A stretch of 64,000 nucleotides of DNA, taken from NCBI GenBank assembly GCA_950097015.1, contig CATNEN010000003.1, forward strand, positions 11,656,001-11,720,000, in the 5' to 3' direction. Within the stretch, counting starts at the first letter, position 1. The number at the start of each line of letters is the position of its first letter. A program made the translations under genes and the position numbers. Below are positions 24,003 to 35,200 of the stretch, one piece after another. Below the pieces are notes generated by a model. That model was not told the origin of the DNA. It saw nothing but the letters and a program-made list of their open reading frames with translations, and did no database searches. This DNA comes from Macrostomum hystrix (Eukaryota; Animalia; Platyhelminthes).

Positions 24003-25596
24003 AGAGAAGAGAAGACGAGAAGAGAAGAGGAGAAGAGAAGAGGAGAAGAGAAGAGAAGAGGAGAAGAGAAGATAAGAGAAGAGAAGAGAAGAGAAGAGAA
24101 GAGAAGAGAAGAGAAGAGAAGAGAAGAGAAGAGAAGAGAAGAGAAGAAGAGAAGAGAAGAGAAGAGGAGAAGAGGAGAGGAGAGAAGAGAAGAGAAGAGA
24201 ATAGAAGAAGAGAAGAGAAGAGAAGAGAAGAGAAAAGAAGAGAAGAGAAGAGAAGAGAAGAGAAGAAGAGAAGAGAAGAGAAGAGGAGAAGAGGAGAGGA
24301 GAGAAGAGAAGAGAAGAGAATAGAAGAAGAGAAGAGAAGAGAAGAGAAGAGAAGAGAAGAGAAGAGAAAAGAAAAGAAGAGAAGAGAAGAGAAGAGAAGA
24401 GAAGAAGAGAAGAGAAGAGAAGAGGAGAAGAGGAGAGGAGAGAAGAGAAGAGAAGAGAATAGAAGAAGAGAAGAGAAGAGAAGAGAAGAGAAGAGAAGAG
24501 AAGAGAAAAAAAAAGAAGAGGAGAAGAGAAAAGGAGAGAAGAGAAGAGAAGAGAAGAGAAGAGAAGAGAAGAGAAGAGAAGAGAAGAGAAAAGAAGAGAA
24601 GAGAAGAAGAGAAGAGAAGAGAAGAAGAGAAGAGAAGAGAAGAGAAGAGAAGAGAAGAGAAGAGAAGAGAAGAGAAGAGAAGAGAAAAGAAAAGAAGAGG
24701 AGAAGAGAAAAGGAGAGAAGAGGAGAGGAGAAGAGAAGAGGAGAAGAGAAGAGGAGAAGAGAAGAGGAGAGAAGAGGAGAAGAGAAGAGAAGAGGAGAAG
24801 AGGAGAAGAGAAGAGAAGACAAGAGAAAAGAAGAGAAGAGAAGAGAAGAGGAGAGAAGAGGAGAAGAGAAGAGAAGAGGAGAAGAGGAGAAGAGAAGAGA
24901 AGAGAAGAGAAGAAGAGAAGAGAAGAGAAGAGAAGAAGAGAAGAGGAGAGAAGAGAAGAAGAGAAGAGAAGAGGAGAAGAGAAGAGAAGAGAAGAGAAGA
25001 GAAGAAGAGAAGAGAAGAGAAGAGAAGAGAAGAGAAGAGAAGAGAAGAGAAGAGAAGAGAAGAGAAGAAGAGAAGAGAAGAGAAGAGAAGAAGAGAAGAG
25101 GAGAGAAGAGAAGAAGAGAAGAGAAGAGGAGAAGAGAAGAGAAGAGAAGAGAAGAGAAGAAGAGAAGAGAAGAGAAGAGAAGAGAAGAGAAGAGAAGAGA
25201 AGAGGAGAGGAGAGAAGAGAAGAGAAGAGAATAGAAGAAGAGAAGAGAAGAGAAGAGAAGAGAAGAGAAGAGAAGAGAAAAGAAAAGAAGAGAAGAGAAG
25301 AGAAGAGAAGAGAAGAAGAGAAGAGAAGAGAAGAGGAGAAGAGGAGAGGAGAGAAGAGAAGAGAAGAGAATAGAAGAAGAGAAGAGAAGAGAAGAGAAGA
25401 GAAGAGAAGAGAAGAGAAAAGAAAAGAAGAGGAGAAGAGAAAAGGAGAGAAGAGAAGAGAAGAGAAGAGAAGAGAAGAGAAGAGAAGAGAAGAGAAGAGA
25501 AAAGAAGAGAAGAGAAGAAGAGAAGAGAAGAGAAGAAGAGAAGAGAAGAGAAGAGAAGAGAAGAGAAGAGAAGAGAAGAGAAGAAGAGGAGAAGAG
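24003..25596. repeat. (AAGAG)n polypurine microsatellite, ~1.6 kb
   Basis: Almost exclusively A/G. Confidence 0.98.
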
Positions 25597-27049
25597 GAGT
25601 GATTCTTCTGCGCAGCCGCCGCAGCAGCTCCAGATCTCCGCAGATCGCCGCAGCAACCAGCAGCTCCTGCTTATCCGCATCCTCCGTCTGAGCCACATCC
25701 CGTATCCAGTCCTGATCGCTCCCGTCTCCTGCTGCTGTCAGATAATTGCGAAGAGCCCGCAGCAGAGCGTCAAAGTTCAGGTAGAAGTAGTTGCCGTAGT
25801 TCTTCATCTGAGACAGAAAGCAGCCGGCAAAGACTTCGTGTTCAATCGGCAGCTTCGGTCGCTTGTAAAACTCGAAGCAAAATTTCCAGGCGGAGTCTCG
25901 GCTCCTCAGGTGCTGCCACACAAAGTCCGCAGTGGCCTCACTTGCCGACCTCTCAGCCCCCCAATCGATGCCTCTGCTCGCACTGAACGGCCCGCAGTCG
26001 CTCACAACTCTCCGGCTTCCGAGATTCTCCGGCTTCCACTGCTCAGCCGGTGTCTCCTCCAGCATTCGGAACGTGACGGTCTTTGCGTGATAGGACTTGA
26101 AGCCGACGTTTGAGATCTTCTTCTTCAGCAGCCACTTGAGTGTGACGAACAGCTGGCCTTGCAGAGTGCTGAGACTCCGCAGCAGTCGCCTCTCCAGGAA
26201 GCTGCTGCTCACTCGGAGCTGCTGGCCCCCCATTCCGGGAGGAGCTGCGTGCACCACGTGACAGGGCGATGAGGCAGAGGTGAGGTCTCGCCTGAGCGAC
26301 TGCAGCACGGACTGGGGGATGTTGGAGTTGGAGACTCTTGGTGGCGGCGGGCGTCGACTCGGTCCACAGCCGGTCTCAGGGCCCAGCCTCTTTGAGTCCA
26401 GGCTGGGTTGGAGGCTGGAGAAATGGGAAATGCGAGAAACATTGCAAATTCCATCAGATTTCAATTAGAAACAAAACTAATTTTCAATTGTATTTCATGT
26501 CTGTTGTCTGATGTAAAGAAATAGAAATAAAACAAAATTTAGAAACTTTTGCCCTTTCTCAAAGAGGGACAAAGAGCAACTCGAATGAATCGTCTGGGCT
26601 CCCCGAAGATGGGCAACCATTGCTAGTTAAATAACAGTTTATAGCTAATGTGCAGGATTCATGCAAAGTGGCACGAGCAACAACTCCTGTCAATGAGTGA
26701 TTTAAGTGCAACAAAGAATATGATATTAGATTTTGGCGTATAAAAATCAATAAGTACAATGAATGAATATAGTATCATTATTCACTGAGTTCACTGAGCG
26801 ATGAGCACTAAGCCTCTGTTTGGTTCCCAGAGGAAGCGCGCCGAAAGAAAAATCACACTTTATTTGCGAAATTTCTTGCTCTGGCTCGGATTTTTAAATC
26901 TGGACTGAACATTTGCTTGTTTTCCTTGTTTGTTGTTTGCTTTAGAAAGCCAAAGAAGATGAGCAAGCCAAACATATGCTCAATTCTTGTCCCAGCCATC
27001 CCGACAGTCTCTGGCAGGAAATTCTCACCGAATCCGGAGCTCAGGATGT
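25597..27049 (-). pseudogene. Third, decayed cGLR copy (exon remnants 27025-27049 and 25597-26414)
   Basis: Homologous to 17430-18788 and to the 19870-20144 intron/exon junction. Has a frameshifting deletion after ARR, a ~0.5-kb deletion between KPENL and RVVSD, and a 3' end replaced by (AAGAG)n. Confidence 0.88.
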
Positions 27050-29201
27050 GTAAGGCGTAAAGTGCAGAGTATGTCACAATGTACCCGACACACAATGTAT
27101 TCAGTAATTCAGTGGTTTGCAAAATGTACTAATACTTTAAACATTGCTACAATAAGCCGAACAAGATATAAATGTCACAACTTTTTCCCAATTTTTTTAT
27201 TAAGCCATAGCTGTGCCAGTGGGATCAAAAAAACGAAATATTCTATATTTCATACATTCATATTTTATGTTTATCTTCTCGGCTCTAGCGTAGTTTGATC
27301 AAATTTTCTAATCGTTTTTATTGGCCTAGCAGCAGCGTCCAAATTTAGCTTTTTTGCGTCTCTGTTTTGGACGAGGCAAAGTTATTGCATTATCTAATTA
27401 CTCGTAGTCGCCAATTCGTGGCTTAGAATGTCAGGAGAACACGGATTTTATAAAAATAAGGTAACCACATTGCGATCTAATACAAATTATCAATACTGGT
27501 CCCGTTGAAAGTGACAGCCTTTTGTTGCTATATTTAGAAAATGGCGGGGACCCCTTTTCAAACCACTCGAGCCACATTGCGCGTGAACTAATGTAGCCAA
27601 TGAAATTTTGACAAAATTTTAGCCAACTGACAATACTCGCCCTCGCCCTGTCCATCGACTAGACGCGTCGCGATTCGCCGTCGCCGCCTAGGGCCGCGCC
27701 GCCGCAGCCGGCAGCTGCCACCGTCGCCGCTGTCGCCTTCGAAGACGCCGGCTACGACTACGCTGACGGCTACAGCTACGGCCAGACAGACGGTGGCGTT
27801 TCTCAACCCGGCCGCGGCGGGCAAACCGCTGCCCATCAGCCGAGAGACCACCGCGCGCGAACTGGCCCGCCGTGCCTACATGCGGGGCCTGAATCCGTCT
27901 CACCATGGCGTTGCTATGGAAAATTATGAGGACGAAATGGCGTCAGCTGAGCTGGTTGCTAGGCATCCAGGTGTGCGGCCGGGGGTTAAAATTTCACTAT
28001 AGGGAATATATCGAGTTTCTTGCATTTAAACTATTTACCCTGGGCCCAGACTCGAACTTCAGACCTCTGGGCTTACGAGTTCGAGGCTATGGCCAGTGAA
28101 CTTGTGAAACATGTTGTGTGCGGTGAAAATATGCTTACTACTTCAATCCTTGAAGGTTGCTACTCTCGTCTTATGAAGTTATCTTTGATTATCTACTTTG
28201 CTCTAATCAAATTCCTCATAAATTGCTTCCCAGGACCCCATATTTCATCCGGGACTGGTGAAGGACTCGCCGACTGGCTATGAAAAAGTTGCTCTAGCTC
28301 TGAAAAGCAGAACTTTACGCTCATGTGACTGCAGTTTCCCTTCATTATTTTCGTAAGTTTTTAGAAACCACGACACGCGAGCTCATTAACTCTTTTCAGT
28401 GGCAAAAGTAATATGAATTTTTATTTACCACCTCTAAACAGTATGAAATTTGTTTTCTAAGCTTTTTAATACATATTATCTTCATGAACATTCCACTATT
28501 TTATTTTACGTGCAGTGCTTTTGTTAAAAATGTCTAACTAAATTACGTAAATTTCAAGCGAAGGCACTAAATATAATTAGGAGTTTGCTAATCGTCTGTC
28601 CTAGTAAAATTACTAAATTAAAAGGCTATAATTATCAATGAAAATCATGTAACTATATTTTTAGTGCATGCGCTTTAATGCTACTCATTAAAATTGTAGG
28701 TAGAGTGTTGCGCAAATATTCTACCTTGTTGACTTCAGTTTTTGGTGCTGTCAAGTATGGGACGTATATTACATAATAGGTATTTAGTTTTTTTCTTGAA
28801 AATTGAATGGAAATATTTATAATTGTGATTATGATAAGAATATTGACGACAAGCAAGAAAAAGTGTCGAGAATGCTTTGTGCTCGAGCATTTTGTGTATT
28901 TCACAGAGAATTAAAATGAAAGCGGCAAATATACGTATTAAAAACTACAGACATTTTCGCAAAAACCACAGTATCATCTCTGTTTTGGTGACTCTAAATG
29001 TCATTTCCACGCGGTGATTGACCAGTGGGATCTGAAAAGGTAATAGCAGGGGTTAAATGAAAGCATCAAAAAAAGTAAATAACTCTCGCTTCTCGAAATT
29101 AAATGTTTCTGATGTATTAAAAACTAATTGCTTAACTATTCTGCCAGACGAATAGTTAGATGAGACACATGTATAGTTTAATCTTATAAAAGATCCAAAG
29201 A

Positions 29202-32200
29202 CTACACGATTTGCAAGAAGCTGTTAACTAATACTCTTATTTGAAAAGTACTCTTCCTTGTTAACTTACCTTCGTCGATTTCTTTCAACCCTTCAGATAT
29301 GCCGCTGTTGGGAATCTCCGAGGGGCTCTCTTCTTCAAATTTGCAAATGTGCTGCAGAATCGCTGCACAAAATACATTGCCCATGACATTGACGACTGTG
29401 CCGAATCTATCTCTGCAATTTTGGGGGTTATAATTTGTGTAGACACGGTATAATTTACTCGATAGTCAGCTTTTGAGGTACGTGATTGTAGTGACCGCTT
29501 GTTACTAACACTGCAAGACAGATACCTACCAGTTGGACAGAGATTTTATCCATTCAGATTCGCTGAGATCCACGAGTTAGAAAATAAATGCTACATTGCA
29601 TAGATTGTCTATGCGTTAGAGCTAGGGTACTTAGAGGGTACTACGATAAGGAGGAAATTCATCTTATGAGACGTCGATCCGGGCTCTTCGCAGCAGCTGT
29701 CACAATCCAAGGAAAGAATGTTCTGTTTACAGGCGATTGCGGCCGCCCACTGCGCCCACTGCTGGTCAGAGACTGTCAGCTGCATGGCCACTCTTGAAGC
29801 GTTCAATCCAGCCATAAATGGCCCTCAGTTTAAGACCACTGTCTCCATGTTGCTCTTGAAGATGATCAGCAATCCAACTGGCATTCCAGCCTGCAGTCCA
29901 CATTGCAAAAATCTGGCTGCGTTGGCTCTCGACGCTGTGCACTGAGCTCATCTTGGCAACAAGAGTGCAAAACTTCAGCGAAAACTTTGAAAACCCAGGT
30001 GCTCAAGTGGGCTCATGACGTGGGCTCTGCCAAACGAAGGACGCCATTTTCACCATAGACAAAAAGAGATACTGCATGTAACTGATAACTGATGTAAGCT
30101 TTTGCCATTCAATCTCAGTGTTTTGTCATTCATACTCAGCCCCCATAGAATTAATCCAGCCAGTTGGCGCAGTTTGGCCCATAGACTATCGCTCTGTGCC
30201 ATTCAATCTCGGGTTTTGTTATTCATACTCAGGCTTTATAAGCTCGGTCTCTCAAACGCAGTCCTCCCAAAGACAGCTAAATTACAAATTTCTTCCATTG
30301 CATTTGCTTACATGGCCCAACTTACATGGGCCATATGCTTACATGCATGGAGCGCCTGGGCCACGTTGCACTGGACACTCTGACGCCTCTGAAGGCCGCA
30401 AACTGGGAGATTGCCTGCAGCCGACTGTATCCACGGTGCATTATGCAAATTCCTTTTCTCTGAGTCACTGTTCTGATCCAAGACATTAACAATTCCGCTC
30501 AAATCCGTATGTTCCTCACCATGATGCTAGAGGTGTTTGACTTGTAATGTGTATGAACTGCATTATGTTTAACAAGTTTAACAAGTCTGTTTTTCGGTCC
30601 TGTGTTACATGAGCCCAGCTGAGGAATAATAACCTGTTCATTCCTTATCCACATTCCTTCTCCACATTAAAGCCTGAGTTTGAATGACAAAACACTGAGA
30701 TTGAATGGCAAAAGCTATACTATAAAGTATCCTTTTCGCTTCATTTCTTCTAAACATAAAAAACTATAACGATCCTTAAACACCAGTTTTCTACAAAGCA
30801 AAACTGTAGAAAGCGACTCAAGTAAGAGCTCCCTTTCAGGAAAATCATAATGAAACTAATCTCGGTCCTGGTCAAACACTGACGTTTACATACAACGGTT
30901 GGTCGTCTCTGGTTAGCGTGCATAGTCTGAAGAGCGACTTCTGTCTGACGTTTCAGTTCAAAACAAAAGGTGGGGCGCGGATGATGCTCGTGCTGTCTTA
31001 ATGACTTCACTGGCTGGTCAAGCTTTATTCTTTAATAGTACACCGTTGAAGCACAGGAAGCTCCGTCTGCCTTTATACCAGCTACTTACGTAGAAAGTTT
31101 TATTAAAGAGAAATGCTACACTCACATTAGCCAGTCAACTGGCCAAATCCAATTCCAGATCCAAAAAACGCGAACAGAATGCAAGCCGAAAGCAGAGGCC
31201 ACAATTCCTATTGTAGATGCAACGCCACCAGGTACGCAAGGCGTGCTAACAGAAGCAATCATTGCTAGAAAGCTGCGGATTGATATAGCGATATTTTGCT
31301 GGCTTAAACTGAGTAAGAGTAAGTTCATTCTAAATACATTTTTAAACAATGTTTGCATTGAAATCGTCACTTCAGTCTAACAGGTGACACTCCAGTCTAA
31401 CAGGTTACACTCCAGTCTAACAGGTGACACTCCAGTCTAACAGGTGACTTTTGACTTAGCTGCAGGGGGCATCTTCCGGATGCAGCGGGGAGGCGTTGCC
31501 GCCCATTCCGCTAGCCCCTGGCGACCACGGGCAACTAGAGCTGCGGTGTCGCGCAGGGGGATCCGGTGGTGCCGGCGTCCGCAGCGCGGTCCTCCTCCGG
31601 AGTGTCCAGGAGGTGGAGGGTTGCTCGCCCGGTGGCCCTCAGGTATCGGACGAGCTGGCAGATGTTCTCAGGCCTGAAAACGTCGGGGAGATCCGGGTTT
31701 GGGCCGAGATAGGTGAGCCGGTCCTGAGTGAAGGCGGGGCAGTCGCAAATAAAATGCTCTGCATCCTCAACATAGGAGAGGCAGAAGGGGCATTCCTCAC
31801 TGCGGATTTTGCCTTGCAGGAAGCGGTGCCTGGCGAAACAGCCATGGCCAGAGAGGGCCATGGTGACTGCCCTGATGTCCTTGCGGTTCAGTCCAAGCAA
31901 GGCTTTGCGAAGGGCAGTGGAGGGACAAGGGACAGCAGCGCGAGACTGCCGACAATCGGCGGTGTTGATCCATCTGTCCTTGTGCTTTGAGGTCACCCAC
32001 TGGTTAATCCGAGTGTTGACGACGGCGGTAGGGGTGGAGACCGCAGGCACAGGGCCAAAAAGCGAGCCCGTCGAACCGGCCTTGGCGAGGCTGTCGGCCA
32101 ATTCGTTACCAGGGTGGCCAGAGTGCCCTGGAATCCACCTTAGGGACACCTTGTTGTGGGTCCCTAAGCGGTTGAGTTGCGCGACGCAGTCGAGGACTGT

Positions 32201-35200
32201 GCGCGAGCAGGTGTGCGTGCGTCCAAGGGCATGGATCGCCGCCTGGCTGTCCGAGTGGAGGAAGATTTCTGCTCCATGGACGTTTTGGTAGATCAGCTCC
32301 AGGGCGCAGGAGCTGATGGCCAGAACTTCGTTCTGGAAAACAGTAGAGTTTATGCCGGTGTGCTGGGAGAAGGTCGCCACAGTTTTCCCTCCGGACATAA
32401 TGCAGTAGCCGAAACCAGAGACCGAGTTGATTTGCGATCCGTCGGTGAAGCAGTGAATTTCACGGGGTTGGCCGTGGTCACGTACTTCCTGGCGAGGCGG
32501 AATGCTGGTTTTGAATTTTTGCGGTGGGCACAGCGTCGACGGGATTCCGTCGGAGAGAATTTTGAGACCTCCTGCTGCGTCCAGGTCCCGTAGGCTGAGG
32601 TCGCCATGGGGCTGGAGGTTCCGCTTGCTGAAGGCAAGTTGCTTCCGGATGGAGATACCCGCGTCCAGAAGACGACGAGCCGTCTTCATCGCCTCCCCCT
32701 TGATAAAAAGATCTAAAGGGGGAAGGTCCAGGAAGGCATTCATGCCAGCGAAGGGAGTGGAGGGTGCCGCACTCATGATGGCTCGACAAGCACGGCCCTG
32801 CACCTTGTTTAGGGCCTCCAGGACCCCTTTGGTCTCCAGGGCACTATTCCAAATGAAGCCGGCAAAAGAGATGGCCGGTCTTACAATGGTAGTGTAAATC
32901 CACCAGAGACGGCGGGGGGTGAGGCCCCAGGTGGCGCCGAAGGCTCTGCGAATCTGCGCGAGCGTCGCAAGAGCTTTACGGGTTTTGAATTTGACGTGAG
33001 GTGTCCAGCTCAACCTGTGGTCGAGGATGACACCTAAGCATCTGGTTTGCTTCTCCATGGCGATTGGTTTGTCATAGAGAAGGAGAGGCTCAATCCTCCA
33101 GTTTCGTTTGCTGGTGAACATAATGGCGACGGTCTTGGACTCAGAGAGTTTGAGGCCGCAGCCATTGGCCCAGCGTTCGGCACGGTGGATGAAAGCTTGC
33201 AGAAGGTCTCTAAGGACCGGGGGAGACGGTCCGGCCACGGTGGCGGTGACGTCGTCAGCATAGCCGATTTTTTGGACCGGGTCCGGGTCAGGGCTGCAGA
33301 GCAGTTCGTCCATGACAAGGTTCCAAAGGATCGGACTGAGAACGCCACCCTGCGGGCCTCCCTTCTGGACATTCACAGAACGGGAGTGTCCAAGCAGGTG
33401 CGAGGTGGCAGTTCGGTGAGAGATCATATACATGATCCAGCGGGTGAGGTGCTCGTGCGTAGCCCGGCGTTCCAGGGCTCGCCTAAAGGCTCCGAAGAGC
33501 ACATTGTCGAAGGCACCATCAATGTCGAGGAAAAGCGAGAGAGCAAAACCGGTGCCAAGCACGGCGCGCTCCAGCTTGTCGACGATGGTATGCAGAGCAC
33601 TTTCGATGGAACGTCCGGATCGAAAGGCGTGCTGGTTGGCGGAGAGCGGGGAGTTCCTCAGCTCAACGTGAAGGAGGCGCCAAAGAACAAGCCTTTCAAG
33701 CAGCTTAAGAAAGAAAGATGTTAAGCTGATGGGGCGGAAGGCTTTGGCGGAGTGGTAGTCTCCCTTCCCAGGTTTGGGGATGAAGACGATAGTGGCTTCC
33801 TGCCAAGACCTGGGTACGTACCCGAGGGTGATACAGGCCTTGAACAGGTTGCAAAGGAGGCCGAGGAACCTGTCATTTTTAACCGCTTCATGTAGGAAGG
33901 CGGGGTAAATGTTGTCAGGTCCAGGCGACTTAAAAGGCGAGAAGGAGTTAGCAGCGCGAGCTGTCCGTTCTCTAGTGATAATAGTTGTCGCAAGGATGTG
34001 CCCACCCGGAGTGTGGTCCGGCGGGTCCTGAAGCGGCGCAGTCTGGGGGAAGGCGCTGGCGAGCATGATGTCCAGCGATTCGCCAGGATTCTCAGCAAGC
34101 CGGCCGTCCGGTCTTTTGATCACTGAGAGCTTCGACATTTTGTCAAGAGTGAGCGCTTTTACAACGCGAGAAGTTGGGCGGGCGCCCTCCAGCTCGGAGC
34201 AGTATTGGCGCCACTTTTCGGACTTCGCTTTCCTGGTGTCACGCTTAAAATCACGAATCGCATTCTGGTAGGCGGTCAGGTCAGCTGGGTCCTTGCTTTT
34301 CCGCGCAATCCGCTGGAGGGATTTGGCCTTTCGCCGGAGGGTTCCAAGCGCTGGGTTCCACCAGGGAGCGGATTTTTTGCCTTTGTAGGCTTTAAGAGGG
34401 CAAGAGGTTTCATGAGCTGTCAAGATGGTCATGCTGAGTAGATCAGCCAGATCGTCCACTTCTTGACAGGTGGCAGGAACAACGGATTTTGACTGGTTGG
34501 TCTGGCGCTTCACGGATTCCGCAAAGGCCGTCCAGTCAGTATTCCGGGCGTTCCTTTTCCACAGAATACCAGGCTTGGAGTAGGAGCTTAGCAACCGGAA
34601 ACGAATGAAGCGATGGTCAGACAGAGATTCCTCTTCGTCCCACACCTGCCAGTTCCTAATCAGAGGGATCAGGCCCTGAGAGGCGAGGGTGGCGTCAAGG
34701 ACCTCCGTCCATCGTCCATTGTCAAAGGTGGGTGTGCCACCCGAGTTGCAGAACTCAATATTGGTGGTGCAGATGTAGGCAAGGAGATCCTCGCCTCTGC
34801 AGTTGGAGGTAACACTGCCCCAGTGGGTGTGGTGGGCATTTATGTCGCCTGCCACCAGCAGCTCAAAGTCGCGGTCTGAGCAGTAGTCCACGAGGGAAGT
34901 GAGACTGGGCGGAACCGCAGGACCGTCGCCAGGAATGTATATAGAGGCGATGATGACGGTGCGGTTCGGGAGAATGTGGTTGGTTTGGATGACACAGAGG
35001 TCTTTGTCAGAGAGATCTGGTCTATACCAAGCTTTTAGATCGGTAGTCGCGAACACAGCAGCCCTGGGGTTTTGGGGCATGAAAAAACAGTCAAAACCAG
35101 CAGGAATGTTCGGAATCTTACCTTTCTTCGTCCAGGGCTCTTGGAGGAGGATGATGCCCGGTTTTTCGAAGTCCACCACACGCGCCAGGTTGGTCGAGGC

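Noticed and set aside
23909-25698. 851-aa and 565-aa F/S/L-rich ORFs
   Set aside because: Translations of the (CTTCT)n microsatellite appended to a pseudogene.
28385-29057. piggyBac-like ends (TTAACTCTTTTCAG ... CTGAAAAGGGTAA)
   Set aside because: Short, imperfect match in AT-rich DNA; insufficient to call.
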